A program made the position numbers and the translations under genes. From Callorhinchus milii (Eukaryota), in the NCBI RefSeq assembly GCF_018977255.1, contig NW_024704743.1, positions 6,884,001-6,948,000 on the forward strand: DNA of 64,000 bases, written 5' to 3'. Positions 1 to 13,016 of this stretch are shown one piece after another. The notes under the pieces are model-generated. The model did not search any database. It was not told the origin of the DNA and saw nothing but the letters and a program-made list of their open reading frames with translations. The number at the start of each line of letters is the position of its first letter. Position 1 is the first letter of the stretch.

Positions 1-494
1 AAAAGACCAATGCTACTTTAGAACACGAAGAAATTCACTTAGCTACAAAGTCATGTTCTCCACTTCTTGGAAAATATGTTTCAGCAATACTCTAGCAATA
101 ACCAGCATGGTTTCTGGATTTGCAAAGGAGCTGGAAGCTGATGAATTGAAAGTAATGTTCAAGTTACAGCCTTTTTCAAAAAATTTTTTTAATGAATTCT
201 CGAAAGGTATTTTATACACCAGTCACCAAACTTGTAAGAAGGAATCAAAATCAGGAAAATGTCACAAATTCATAAAGTTATGATCAAACCAAGTAATGTT
301 TCCTAAATCTATTCCCGGATTCCCATTCCTATACTATTCCCTGAATTAGATTTGATCCAATACCCCTACTGAATCCTTCAAATCAGAATTGCACTGTACT
401 TGAAAAGAGAAGGAAGTTCCTCCTAGATTACATGGTAAAATGTTTCACAAGTCTGCCCTTGGCACTGTGCTTCACGAGTCTGCACTAGAGTATC

Positions 495-598
495 AAGGGA
501 TATGAGGCTAAGGCGGGTTGAGGTATAGATTAGCCATGATCTAACAGAATGGTGGAACAGGCTCAAGGAGATGAATGGTCTACTCCTGTTCCTATGCT
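495..598 (+). mobile_element. CR1 LINE 3' UTR fragment
   Basis: GCCATGATCT..GAATGG..GAATGGTCTACTCCTGTTCCTATG is similar to the 3' end of the long CR1 at 49400-49512. Confidence 0.8.
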
Positions 599-629
599 TC
601 ACTAGTCCATAATTCATGGTACTGCGCTC

Positions 630-1275
630 CACCCTGTACCAAATTACGCACTCCCATCACCCCATTCCTTGCCAGGCTCCACTGACTTCCTATCGGGTTA
701 CTGAAACACACTCCTTGCCAGTCTCCCCAGCTCCACTATTCAAAAGATTCAGCTCATTCAGAACTTCGCCGCCCGCATACTGACCAAACTCCATACCCAC
801 ATCTCACCAGTTCTGGCCAGGCTCCACTGGCTCCCCATCATCGAACGGATCGACTTCAAGATCTTCACGCTCGTGTTCAAATCCTTTCACTCCCTGGCAC
901 CTCCCTACCTTTCCGACCTCCTCACTCTCCAATCCACCACCTGGCTCCTCCATTCAACTGGCATCGGTCTCCTGCTCATCCCTTGCACCCTCCACCCCAC
1001 CATCGGAGGTCGCGCTTTCAGCCACTATGCCCCGAAACTCTTGAACACTCTCCCTCAATCCCTCCGCCTTGCCCCCTCTCTCCCATTTTTCAAGTCCTCT
1101 TCGACCGTGCTTACGGCCATCTCCCCCCACCCTCTACCCCAGCTTGGAGTCTTCAGAAGATCTTACTCTTTAACCTTTCTCTCTCCTCAGCTCGGTGTCA
1201 CTATTAAAAGCTCCAAGATGCTAACTGTGTGAAGAGCTCTGTATAAATGCAAGTAGTAGTAGTTGTTGTTGTTGT
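630..1275 (+). mobile_element. L2 LINE 3' portion, degenerate
   Basis: Encodes L2 ORF2 C-terminal-type motifs (LHWLP, FKILT, LAPPYLSDLL, GGRAFS). Ends in TATAAATGCAAG followed by (GTT)n. Confidence 0.85.
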
Positions 1276-2219
1276 AGTCAACAGTACATAGCACTGAGCT
1301 CCAAAAGAAATGAAATTGTTATTAAGCTTAGCTCATTGACCTACATATAAAACATTCTGGACTTGAAGTGAAACACAGTCCAGTTTTTGGCTGCAAGAAG
1401 TGACAAACTTGATGCTTATGTACATTTAAACAAATGTTGCTCCAAAATAAAAACAGAACATCCCTTCATAAACAAAATCTCAACCATTCAGACCCCATTA
1501 CCCTGGAAACTCTCATTAATAATCATCGTCCATCAAGAGTCTCCTTCTCCTCTAGATCAGCTTGCATTTGGATGGGTTCCAGTCAAGAACCCAAACAGCC
1601 CATCACTTCTTGAACTGAAGTCCTTGAGTTTCAACAGTTACTGTATTTATTTGTGACTTCTGCTTTCCTAACCAATTACTGATTGGAGTTAAAGCAAGGG
1701 AACCACACAAACACCCACGTTCCTCCTGCTTGCTAGACAACCACCAGAAAAGACACATTTTTAGATTCACTACAGCATCTATCTATGTGACATTCAAGTG
1801 TTCCAGGCTTAAGTAATCAACAGCATTGTTCAAAGTCCAATATCCAAGAACTTTTGAAACTTACCACAATCAAATTCTCCAGGCTCTGAATTAACCAAAT
1901 CCTACAATATTTTCATTTGGCAATTTCCAATGAGAAGGAGCCTCAGCTAATCCTTCATGCACAGTCTACTGAGAGTCATGAGAGTTTTGTCCAGTTCACC
2001 TCCACCCTTGTATTTCAATAACGTTAGACGATTTCTCAATAAATCACTTTTTGGCTCAGCATTAATTAAAAATAATCCTTACAATTGATATATTTCAGGT
2101 CGGGAGGAAGCCTTAAAGTGCTGCACAGGATTTACTGTGAAGTAGGGCAACTATAATTTATCGGCAAACATGGCGGCCAATATTGCACACTGCAATGTCC
2201 CTCATACAGCCATAAACTA

Positions 2220-2520
2220 GGAGTCCTGTAGCTCAGTGGTTACAGTTCTCACCTCACAAGCGAGAGACCTGGGTTTGATTCCTGGCAAGGCAAAATCTTG
2301 GGCAAGTTTCCTTACTCCACACACCTGATAATAATCCTTCAAAAAAAAATTGGTCACTTCAATCCATGACTGTTTGTGGAACACTGCTGTGCGCAATTGG
2401 CTGTCATGTTTTGCCCACAAATATACAGTCTATTCACTTTACAGTCTATTCTGTGAAGCACTTTGAGACGTCTAGAAGACATGAAAAATGCTATATCAAA
2501 TGCAAGGATTATTATTGTTG
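2220..2520 (+). mobile_element. Young tRNA-headed SINE, full length
   Basis: Head GGAGTCCTGTAGCTCAGTGG with A/B-box-like motifs, shared body, hairpin tail and (ATT)n. Many similar copies occur in the window. Confidence 0.92.
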
Positions 2521-2670
2521 TTCAGTAAAAGATCCTTTTTATTTGGGGGATTATTGGGCAAGATACTCAAAGAAACTGCCTTCTCTTTTCAAGCAGTCCC
2601 ATGGGATCTCCAACAATACAGCACACTCCCAGCGAAACATCGTAGTCTCCGCCAAGACTGGATGAGTTCA
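2521..2670 (-). mobile_element. Deu-domain SINE fragment
   Basis: Reverse complement matches the GATCCCATGG..GAAAAGAGAAGG..TTTCT part of the 5849-6286 copy. Confidence 0.65.
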
Positions 2671-2676
2671 AAGACT

Positions 2677-2788
2677 TAATAATAATAATCCTTGCATTTG
2701 ATATAGCGCTTTCACGTCGGGAGGACGTCCCAAAACGCTTCACAGAACACACTGTAAAGCGAATTGACTGTATATTTGTGGGCGAACA
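2677..2788 (-). mobile_element. Young SINE 3' fragment
   Basis: (AAT)n-CCTTGCATTTGATATAGCGCTTTCACGTCGGGAGGACGTCCC tail. Confidence 0.9.
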
Positions 2789-4167
2789 AGGTTGAAGTGA
2801 ACAGACAACCTTCTGGCTCAGAGGTGACAGTGCTTGTTACAAGTAAGCCAGGTTGACACCAACTGTTTTTTTTTGGGGGGTGGGGCGGGGGGATGGGCAG
2901 TATGTAGCACACATGCAAATCTCTTGCTGTGTGCATGAACGACCAGCTGGACCAACTGAGAAATCACAGAAGCAGGTCACAGCATGAAATGTGTGAGCAT
3001 TGCCACCATCCTTCTGCCTATATCTTGTACACATATCCCTTCCCATTGAGCGATGGGTCCACCAGTTCGAGATGCAGAGCTAGAGCTGCAACTGATAACC
3101 TCACTGCGTACCAACCAAGGTGGACACCAAGCCCGAGATACTCGAGGGTGGGATAATGAACCCAGGCATCAGATAAAGCTTTAAAACAGCTGTTGTCTCA
3201 AGCCTCAGTTTCTACTTCAGCTATTCACAAGATATCTGCCTTCAGCATACGCCAGCATTGACATGAACAATTGCAGTTACCACTGGTAGATTAAATATGT
3301 TGTGATGATTTAGTAGTTTGTGGTACTAAGGCTGAGCTGTGGTTTGTCTTTATTGGTGGGAGGGGTTTAGTCCGCCTTGATGTGCCCGAAAACTACAACT
3401 CAAAGAAATCCAGATAAAGATTAATTGTAAAAAGATGGGGATTGAATAATTGGGAGGATTTCTATATCCACTGAAAATGACAGATGGATTTTTATCCACT
3501 TTGTGGCAGGAGAGAATTCTGACTCACTCCTCATACACCACCGCGGACTATATTTTTACCATAAATGTCTTTTTCTGGAATCCAGGATATTATCTCCAGA
3601 TGATATTCTTCTAGAACTCCAGTGGTCATAGGCAGCAAAACATTAAACAAACTGTGGCCTGGCCAAGAAATGGGTAATTCACTTCATTGCTGTGCACAAA
3701 TTGGCTGCTGCATTTGCCTACAAAATATAGAATCATTACAATTTTCAGCATAATAAAATACAGCATAATAATTCAGCATAATAATAAAGTATCTAGAGGA
3801 CAATAAAACAGTCTCCCATCACTGCATTGGAGAGTCAGACCCAATGTGGAGTTTGACCACACAATCTTCTGACTCAGAGGCAAGACCAAATGAGCCAGGC
3901 TGACACTTGAATTCCTCCACCATTCGATATCCTGCACAAACTAAGATTATGATATAAGACCACGTAAAACCCTTGGGTGACAAGGTTTCAGAAAGCAGAA
4001 AAAGGTTTTCAAGGCATTGTTTTCCATAACCACTTTTCTTTTCAATAAAAAGAAAGGAATTTATTCTGGGTAAACAAAAGTTTATATTCATCACATTGTG
4101 AAAAATAATAATATAGTATCTAATAATAATGCATTATAACTATTTCGAGTTGGAGAGAGAAGGTAAG

Positions 4168-5030
4168 CAACAACAACAACTTGGATTTATATAGCGCCCT
4201 CCACGCCGGACAGCGTCTCAGAGCGCTTTACAGTAACGGATCCCGGGGCCGAGCCAGGGGGAGGGGGAGGAAGGTGACTAAAGGCACAATCGAAAAGAAA
4301 GGTCTTCAGCAGAGACCTGAAAATGGGTAGGGAGGGAGCGAGGCGAAGGGAGTGAGGAAGGCAGGTGGAGTCCTGTAGCTCAGTGGTTAGAGCACTCGCT
4401 TTGCAAACGAGAGACCTGAGTTCAATTCCAGGCAGGGCGAAACCTTGAGCAAGTTTCCTTACTCCACACAGAGCCTAATAATAATCCCTCCAAAAAACAA
4501 AAACAATAATAAATTGGTCATTTTCAATCCACGACTGTTTGTGGGACACTGCTGTGCGCAATTGGCTGCTGCGGTCGCCCACAAATATACAGTCAATTCA
4601 CTTTACGGTCTATTCTGTGAAGCGCTTTGGGACGTCCTCCTGACGTGAAAAGCGCTATATCAAATCAAGGATTATTATTATTATTATGGCAGTTCCAGAG
4701 CCTCGGTGCATAGTGGCTGAAGGCACGGCCGCCGAAGGTGGAGCGGAGGACTCGGGGGACGAGGAGGAGGCCAGACCCGGAGGAACGAAGGCAACGGGTA
4801 CTGTTTTGAGGAGAGAGGTCAGAGAGGTAGGGGGGTGTAGAGGAGTGCAGGGACTTGAATACAAGGGTGAGGATCTTGAAATTGATCCGCTCTGGATTGG
4901 CAGCCAGTGCAGTCAGGCAAGGACTGGGGTGATCGGGGAGCGGAGTTTCATGCGGGTGAGAATGCGGGTGGCAGAGTTTTAAATTATTTGGATTTTATGG
5001 ATAGTAATGGATGGGAGACCGGCACAGCAT
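4168..5030 (-). mobile_element. L2 LINE 3' portion interrupted by a SINE
   Basis: (CAA)n tail and hairpin at 4168-4226. L2 homology resumes at 4688 after the SINE. Confidence 0.85.
4367..4687 (+). mobile_element. Young tRNA(Ala-like)-headed SINE, full length, nested in L2
   Basis: Complete head, body and (ATT)n tail. GGCAG is duplicated at 4360-4364 and 4688-4692, consistent with a target-site duplication (TSD). Confidence 0.95.
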
Positions 5031-5848
5031 GGATGATTAAATAGCAGAGTTTGTTCGGATACTTTGAAAATTACTTTTAACGTTTATCTTCCACATGGTC
5101 AAATGGATACCAATGCAACATCAATAAAACCAGCAGAGGGTGCTATACACCTTAAGCTTTGTGCTACTGCATATTGCACGATTGTATAATGTGTGCGCTG
5201 AACGTCACTGGAAATTGTCATCTTGCTCTGGAAGTTGAAAACTGAAAAGTAATTTTTACCACACAAAATTTGTTATAGCTGGGGACAGGTGGTATATGGA
5301 AATGTATTTTTTCCTTCATGTCTCAATACCATTTCTATACCTTTGGTTTAAAGGAAGCACATAACATTTCCAGCTCTATCAGCTGTAACTGGGTATCAAC
5401 GCTGTGCAAAGCATTGCCAAGAATCATTTATACATGCATCTTCTGTGCTTGTGTGAAACTGACTCCATTTCACACCTCCTCTTGCTGATACAATGGGCAC
5501 CAGGTCTCCTTGTGCATCAGTATGGAAATTACAAGAGCAAATTTGCATTCACGCCATCTAGTCAAACAATAGTTGGAGCTCATCCAGTTAAACACAATTT
5601 CAGACCTGAGGGTTCTGAATTCAAATCCCAGTGAAGTTACTCTGCCCTGAAATAAACTAGGGGTAGGAATTCTTTCAACTCAGCTCCTGCTAACCATGCA
5701 AGCAAATAAAGCTCAAAGAGGAAAGCTGGTACGAGCTGGACAAGCAGCTGGAAGCTTGCCGGACAATATCAATGGCAAGCGAGCCGGTTAAACTCCAGCA
5801 GTAACCCATCTCTCAGCTCATGCCAACCAATGTCCCATGTGTGTCATC

Positions 5849-6286
5849 CTGTCTCAGTGGTAGCACTCTCGTCTCGGAGTAATAAGGTTGTGGGTTCAAA
5901 CCCCATGTCGGGATTTCGAATCACAGAGTCTGAGATGACACTTCAATGCAGTGTTGCATTATCAGAGGTGGCACATTGTCAGAGGTACTGTCCTTCGGAT
6001 GAGACATTAAACCATAGTCCTGTCTGCCTGTACAGGTTGACGTTACAGATCCTTTGGCAGTATTGGAAAAGAGAAGGGAGTTTCTCCTGGTGTTCTGGTC
6101 AAAGAATCCCCCAAAATAGAATTAGTCACTCACTGCATGGCTGTTTGTGCGATATTGCTGTGTGCAAACTGGCTGCTGAGTTTCACCCACAAAATACAGT
6201 CAATCCACTTTACAGTATATCCTGTGAAGTGCTTTGTGATGTCTCAATAATGTGCTATGGTGATATATCAAATGCAAAGATTATTT
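5849..6286 (+). mobile_element. Deu-domain SINE (SacSINE1/AmnSINE1-like), near full length, old
   Basis: tRNA-like head, then GTCCTTCGGATGAGACATTAAACC..GATCC..GAAAAGAGAAGGGAGTTTCTCCTGGTG, which resembles the Deu domain as I recall it, then an L2-type tail. Confidence 0.8.
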
Positions 6287-6477
6287 AATACCCTCTATGA
6301 TTAGATAAGAAGAATGTGTGTCTCGGGAGAGAATATGCAGTCAATTTCAAACATGGGAATCTCCAAGTGTACGTGGCATACATGGAACTGTTTGGTTTGG
6401 ACAGTGTTTAGCATGGTAATGGATTTCCACATGAGTCAAGACACACGACTAACCAAAACACTTTTAAACAACAATAC

Positions 6478-6751
6478 TTAGTCCAAAATATTATAAATGG
6501 GCCTCGCTTTTCTGAAAAGTGCGGCAAAGCAAAGTCTGCGTTAAACTATGTCATGTTACAGCTTGATCACTCCTGAGTGGTGCACCAATAAGACTTCCCA
6601 AAGGTTCAATTTATTGTAAAGCCTGTGATGAGGTCCTCCCGATAGTTGTTCAAATGTACTTGAACAACAAATCTTGTTGTTGTAAAGAGTCAAGCGTTTC
6701 AAATTGGACACGTACTAGAAAATTCATCTTCCCTGGTAAACTGCATCATGA
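6478..6751 (-). other. Candidate non-coding exon of a minus-strand host gene
   Basis: Non-repetitive block with acceptor TATTTTATAG|T at 6752. Possible donors are CTA|GTACGT (6715) or TAA|GTATTG (6477). The longer form has stops in all frames. Confidence 0.2.
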
Positions 6752-7128
6752 CTATAAAATACCAATGTAACATTTTTTTAAAAAATTACAATTTCACCCA
6801 TAGTCTTATGCTTTTAAGTGTGATTTCAATAATATACTTTTGATATAATGCCTTATCATATCAAAACATCTAAAGGTGCTTCATAGTAATTACTGTTAAG
6901 TCGCATTTGGGTTAAGCGTTAACGTGCAGTCAATTTGCACAGCACCATCGAGAGGCGAATAACAAATTTAACCGAAGGGAGTTTCACTAGGACACCAGGT
7001 GAAACTCCCTTCTCTTTTCAATTCTAGTGGATTCCTATTCATTTCCATGATTTTTGTGAGCCGAGTGAATGACAAACCATTTTTTAAGGTTTTGATATGT
7101 TCTAAAGAGCAATTTGCCAGCTCTGCCA

Positions 7129-7333
7129 ATTGTAGATATCAGAACATTAATAATAATCCTTGCATTTCATATAGCGCCTTATGAAATAGTCCTTATGAAA
7201 AATCGTCCTCCCGACGAGTAAGGCGCTATACAAATGTGATCTTGTTGTTGTTCTTCTTATCACATCTTCAAGACGCCTCAAAGTGCTTCACAGAATATAC
7301 TGTAAAGTGAATTGACTGTATATTTAGTGAGCA
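7129..7333 (-). mobile_element. SINE 3' fragment with a nested antisense L2 tail (about 7204-7255)
   Basis: The SINE tail is split at CTTAT/CTTAT. The insert reads CGTCCTCCCGACG..GGCGCTATACAAATG..(TTG)n. Confidence 0.8.
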
Positions 7334-8061
7334 ATATTAAAGAGATATTGTACAGTTCAATTCAAAACAGCCTCCATGTTAAAGGAATAAAGCTTGTTGT
7401 AAATTTGTAACCCTCATAGCATACTGTATAAACTGGAGAAAATTGCATTCACTCAGAAATGTTATTGCAAAAATAACATCATAAATTTCGCAATGCCATT
7501 TGCAATACAATACAGAAACATGTGGAGTAACTGCACAAGATTAGCTCATGACTTCAGGTGACTGATTAAGGAATGTACAGGATCAGTCATTGCTCACTAC
7601 CAAGCAACAAAAAATGATCTTAAACTAAAAGAAAATCCTGTGCACACTGTTTTCTTTCTAAATAGTTGCCCAATTCCATCTTGAATTTGCTGTCCATCTC
7701 CACAGTAATGAATTCATCGTATTCACCATTCTCTGTGTGGAGCAATTAAATCTGAACTTTCATTCAACTTTACTTCCGAGTCAGTGTCCTGTGGTTGCAG
7801 AAATTTTAATCATGTTAAACATAGAAAGAGTTGCATTGTCCAGCTTCATGGGGGTGGGAACTAGTGAAAGAAAGAGGAAGATAAACAAAAAGGCATTTGT
7901 GACAACCCTGTGCTCTTTTGGTTATAGGTTTTTCTGTTCAGCTCCTTAGAACATGTTACAAAGATCGCAATTCGAAATCCACTGTCACAGTGGCTGAAGG
8001 AAACACAACTGGTACATAGAACTTGATGAGACTCAAAAAGCAATGATAAGTGTGAAAGCCA

Positions 8062-8465
8062 ATTAATGTGATCAGTATAATATTTGCATTTGTTATACCA
8101 CGTTTTCATATCGTTGAACCAAAGTGCTTTACAGGATATAATGTAAAGTGTAGCAGCTGTGTATTTGTAGGTGAACGCAGCAGCCAATTTGTGCACAGCA
8201 CAAACAGCTATGAAGTGACCAATTTCATTTGGGGCAATGTAGGTCCAACTCCCTTCTCTTTTTGATTAGTGCCATGGGATTTTTATCTTCTCCCTGAATA
8301 AGCGGTTGAGACCTGAGATTTAACCTCTCATCCAGTGGACAGCAACTTCCAACAATACAGCCCTTACCAACATTGCAGTTGAGTGTCAGCATAGCTGTGA
8401 GTTCCAAGTCCCAAAATGGGCTTGATCCCACAACCTTCTGACTCAGACGCTTCTAACTGAGAAGG
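8062..8465 (-). mobile_element. Deu-domain SINE, near full length
   Basis: Reverse-complement homology to 5849-6286 across head, Deu domain and tail. Confidence 0.8.
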
Positions 8466-8695
8466 TTGAAACCGCCTCCATAACGGGCCATTTCACAAAA
8501 ATGGAGATAACCGAAAAAGTTTACAAACCAAGAAACATCCATTTCAGTAAATAAAAAGCATGAGAGGTACTGTACCCAATGATGTAGATGCAGCAAATCG
8601 TAGAAAAATGTAAACTAATCGGGGAACAGCCTATTCTCGTCTAGAATCCCTACTGGAAAAGAGACCTAAAGCTTTTCTTGATTTCTGTTTGACAT

Positions 8696-10092
8696 GTCAT
8701 AGAATCTTACAGCACAGAAGGAGGCCATTCGGCCCATATTACCTGTGCCGGCTCTTTGGAAGAGCTACCCAATCAGACCCACTGCCCCACTTCTTCCCCA
8801 TACCCCTGCAAATTTTTCCTTTTCAAGTACCTATCTAACTCCTTTTTGAAAGTTTTATTGAATCTGTATTGAGGTTGTTTCCACCTTTTCAGGCAGTGCA
8901 TTCCAGACCGTAACAACACTCTTGTTAAAACACTTCTCCTCATCTCCCCTCTGTTCTTTTGCCAATTATCTTAAATCTATGTGTCCTGATTTCTAGCCAG
9001 TTGTAACAGTTTCAGCTGATCTACTCTATCAAAATCTCTCATAATTTTGAACATTTCTATTAAATCTCCTCTATTCTCTGCTCTAAGGAGAACAATAATA
9101 ATAATCCTTGCATTTCATATAGCGCTTTTCACGTCTTCTAGACGTCTCAAAGCGCTTCACAGAATAGACTGTAAAGTGAATTGACTGTACATTTGTGGGC
9201 AAAACACGGCATCCAATTACGCACAGCAGTGTCCCACAAACAGTCGTAGATTGAAGTGACCTATTTATTATTGTTTTTTTCTTGAGGGATTATTATCAGG
9301 CGTATCCCAGCTTCTCTTGTCTCTCCACATAACTAAAGTCCCTCATCCCTGGTACCATTCTGGTAAATCTCCTCTGAACCCTCTCCAAGGCCTTGATATC
9401 TTTCCTAAAGTGTGGTGCCCAGAGTTGGACACAATACTCCAGCTGAGGCCTAACCAATGACTCATAAAGGTTCAGCAGAACTTCCTCACTTTTGTACTCT
9501 ATGCCTCTATTTATAAAGCCAAGGATCCCATATGCTTTTTTAACAGAGCTATCAACCTGTCCTGCCACCTTCAGACCCGTGTATGTGAGCCCCCAAGTTT
9601 CTCTGCTCCTCTACCCCCTTTAAAACTGTACCATTTATTGTATATTGCCTCTCTTCATTCTTCCTCCCAAAATGCTTCATCTCAAACTTCACTGCATTAA
9701 ACTTCATCTGGCATGTGTCTGCCCATTTCACCAGTCTGTCTATGTCCTCCTACAGTCTGCTACCATCCTACTCGCTGTTTACCACGTTCCCAAGTTTTGT
9801 GTCATTTGCAAACTTTAAAATGTTGCTCTCTTTACCCAAGTCCAGGTCATTCACATATATCAAAAAGAGCAGTGCACCTAATACCAACCCATAGGGGCCA
9901 CCACTGTATACTTCCCTCCAGTCTGAAAAAAAAGATCATTACTAGCCTCTGCTTTCTGTCTCCCAACCAATTTGTATCCATGCTGCCACTGTCCCTATTA
10001 TCCCATGGGCTTCAATTTTGCTAACTAGTCTATTATATGGCACCTCATCAAATGCCTTCTGAAAGTCCATATACACTACATCAACTGCACTG
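8696..10092 (-). mobile_element. CR1 LINE, 5'-truncated and degenerate
   Basis: ORF 9296-9568 reads LVRPQLEYCVQLWAP..ALERVQRRFTRMVPG. CR1 tail GGCCGAATGGCCTCCTTCTGTGCTGTAAGATTCTATGA lies at 8696-8735. Confidence 0.93.
9094..9303 (-). mobile_element. Young SINE, 5'-truncated, nested in CR1
   Basis: SINE tail and body interrupt the CR1 sequence between AAGGAGAACA and ATCCCAGCTTCTC. Confidence 0.92.
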
Positions 10093-10347
10093 ACCTGTCA
10101 AGGAAACAGATTACAGTACTTAGCTGTTTTAGTTACCTATTGAAATGTCTGTCAATGAATACTTCTTTGTGAAACTGAAAGCAATGATCTTAACCTAACA
10201 TGTGAAAAACACGGATATATATTAGAGAGATGGGGGGGAGGAGCAGCACACTCACAACCTTACAAAAAACAATGACTTACAAGAAAAAGCCGACCTTTTG
10301 CAATCAAAATAGGTTTATTTAACTGAATATAATTAAAAAAGCTGAGA

Positions 10348-11380
10348 TCAGAACCTAGATGACCAACCAGGGTGGGAGTGATGGGGTCGCGGAGCCTGGT
10401 GCGTGAGAGTACACAAGCTGTAGAGTTTTGGATGACCTGCAGTTTGTGAAGGGAAGAGTTGGGAAGGCCGATGAGGAGGGAGTTCCCGTAATCGAGCCTT
10501 GATGTGACGAATGCGTGGGTGAGGGTTTGGGCAGCCTGAGGGAGTGGCAGGGTCTGGCAATGTTGCGGAGGTGGTGATAGGCAGTGCCGGTCATGGTGCG
10601 GATGTGGGGGAGAAAGGACAGTTCAGGGTCAAACAAGACACCCAGGTTCCTGACTGGCTTAGTGAGGTTGAGTGTGCAGCCGTGGAGGCTGATGTTGCCA
10701 GCGCTCGAGGTGCGGAGGCGCTGGCAAGAGCCAATCAGGAGGGCCTCGGTCTTGCTGACATTGAGTTGAAGAAAGTTGTCCCTTGTCCAGGACTTGATGT
10801 CAGACAGGCAGTCGGTCAGGACGCCAGTAGTCCTGGAGCTAAGGGTGGAGTCAGAGAGACAAAGTTGGGTGTCATCCACATACACGTAGAAATTTACTCC
10901 ATGTCTGTGGATGATGTCACCAAGGGGGAGCATGTGGAGGATGAAGAGGAAGGGACCGAGGACAGAGCCCTGAGGAATACTGCACGAGACGGTGCGGGGC
11001 TGGAGGAGAAGCTGTTTGCTGCGACGAATTGGAGGCGGTGTGAAAGGTAGGACCTGAACCAGTCAAGGACAGAACCTTGAAGGTTGAGTTGGGAGGAGAG
11101 GCGGTGGAGGAGGATTGAATAGTCCACGGTGTCAAAGGCAGCGGAGAGGTTGAGGAGGACGAGGAGACAGAGGGAGCCCTGGTCACACATGGTCAGGATG
11201 TCATTTGTGACTTTGACCAGAGTAGTTTCCGTGCTGTGGGCAGCACAGAAACCCGATTGGAGGTGTTCATGTAGGGAGTGGGAGGAAAGGAAAGAGCGAA
11301 GCTGGGAGGCAACAGCTCTCTCAAGGACCTTGGATAAGAAAGGGAGGTTTGAGATGGGCTGGTAGCTAGATAGCTGTGAT
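10348..11380 (-). mobile_element. L2 LINE ORF2 reverse transcriptase fragment, frameshifted
   Basis: Motifs [52 protein letters not shown] and RNLGVLFD across ORFs 10894-11472 and 10355-10933. Confidence 0.95.
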
Positions 11381-12360
11381 GGCCTTTCAAGTCGAGGGGA
11401 CATCTCAAGGCGCTGAACAATCAGTGTTTCAGATCCAAGCAGGGGGTCGGGATTGGGGAGGTTGGAGGGCAAGGGGGATGCAAGGTGATCGAGGAAGGTC
11501 TTGAGATGGGTCTTGAAGGAGGCAAGGGAGGGGTCAAGGTGGAGGGACTGCAGGTTGGAGGTCCAGAGGGTGGGGGCAGAGTGGAAGAAGGCCCGCCCGC
11601 CAATAGTGGGGCGAGCGAGGTGGGGGTCGTGAAGCAGGCCGGAACTCGCTTCGCGGAGGAAGGGAGCAGGATGGTAGGGCGTTAGGAGGGTGCAGAGGTA
11701 GGGGGAACCACGGAGGGCTTTGAAGATGAGGACCAGGATCTTGAACTGGATCCTTTGTGTGATGAGAAGCCAGTGGAGTCAGGCAAGGATATGGGTGACA
11801 AGGTCATGGAGCCTGGTGCAGGAGAGGACACAGGCTGCAGAGTTCTAGCTGATCTGCAGCCTATGGAGGGAGGAGTTGGGGAGGCCGACAAGCAAGGAGT
11901 TTGCATAGTCAAGCTCCAATGTTATGAATGCGTGTATGAGGGGTTCGGCGGCCTGCAGTGTGAGACAGTGGCGGAGCTGGGTGATGTTGCGAGGTGGTGG
12001 AAGGCAGAGCACGTCATGGCATGGATGTGTGGTAGAAAGGATATTTGAGGATCAAACAAAACGCCAAGGGTTAGTTTAACCCTCGTTTGGTTTGATCCAG
12101 ACTGGGTTAGTAAGGTGGAGTGTGCATCCATGGATGGTGATGCTGTCAGTGCCTGAGGTGTGGAGGCACTCACGGGAGCCAATCAGCAGGGCCTCCTTCT
12201 TGTTGACGTTCAACTGAAGAAAGTTAACTCTCATCCAGGACTTGATGGCTGACAGACATTCTGTCAGGACAGCAGTGGTGGAAGCAGAGAGTTGGGTGTC
12301 ATCTGCATAAATGTGGAAGTTAACCCCATGTCTGCAGATGATGTCACCAAGAGGGAGCCT
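11381..12360 (-). mobile_element. Second L2 LINE copy (RT catalytic region to 3' tail), degenerate
   Basis: Hairpin tail near 11381-11413, G-rich 3' UTR, and YADDTQL coding sequence (TATGCAGATGACACCCAACTC) near 12289-12309. Confidence 0.9.
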
Positions 12361-12361
12361 A

Positions 12362-12590
12362 TATAGCCTCTTTTCAAAGAGTGCAATTGGATCTTTACCG
12401 TCTGCCTGAACAGGCAGGTGAGATTTTGGATTGACAAATCATCCAAAGGACGGCACCTCTGACAATGCAGCACACCCTCAGCAATGCACTGGTGCAACTC
12501 GCACTGAGTTCAGAGTCCCGATGTGGGGCATGAATCCACAACCTTCTGACTCAAGAGGTGAGTGCTGCTAACTAAGCCAGGCTAACACTT
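12362..12590 (-). mobile_element. Deu-domain SINE 5' half
   Basis: Homologous to the head and Deu domain of 5849-6075. Confidence 0.8.
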
Positions 12591-12672
12591 AATGAAGCAC
12601 AGATTTGAGGATGAGGAATTTGTATTTTTATAACTCCTTTTCTCATGTCAAATTATCAAAGAGCACTTGATA

Positions 12673-13016
12673 GTAATAATAATCCTTGCATTTGATATAG
12701 TGCTTTATCTGTGCAAAACTGGCTGCCACATTTCGCCCATAAAATATAGTCATTCACTTTACAGTATATTCTGTGAAGTACTTTGAGATGTCTTGAAGAT
12801 GTAATAAAGAGTTATATCAAATGAAAGGATTGTTATTATTTTCACGTCATTGATACGCGTCAAAGTGCTTCACAGAATATACTGTAAAGTGGATTGATTT
12901 TATTTTGGGGCGAAAAGCAGCATGCACACAGCAATATCCTTTAAACAGTAGTGGATTGACTGATCAACATTTTTTTGTTGCTGTTTTGGAGGGATTATTA
13001 CCCCTGGAAAGCGAAT
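12673..13016 (-). mobile_element. SINE (long CORE-type subfamily), truncated, with a nested antisense SINE fragment (about 12708-12840)
   Basis: The tail is split at GCTTT|..|TTCACGTC. The left end on the minus strand matches the extra segment of the 60461-60806 copy. Confidence 0.75.

Noticed and set aside
53..283. 76-aa ORF as a host coding exon
   Set aside because: No recognisable domain, codon bias or convincing splice boundaries.
4367..4440. tRNA-Ala(UGC) gene, also in the heads of the copies ending or starting near 27432, 41154 and 57366
   Set aside because: Cloverleaf-like, but always fused to a SINE body and tail. The anticodon varies among copies (TGC, CGC, CAC).
5830..6288. 152-aa ORF, and similar ORFs ending in KCKDYYY or ISNARIII elsewhere
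   Set aside because: Chance translations of SINE copies.
6645..6681. Overlapping alternative hairpins (GTTGTTCAA/TTGAACAAC versus AACAACAA/TTGTTGTT) as an RNA switch
   Set aside because: Low-complexity, AT-rich and short, so plausible by chance in a genome full of (GTT)n tails.
10544..11685. Plus-strand ORFs of 60-170 aa
   Set aside because: Antisense shadows of GC-rich L2 sequence.
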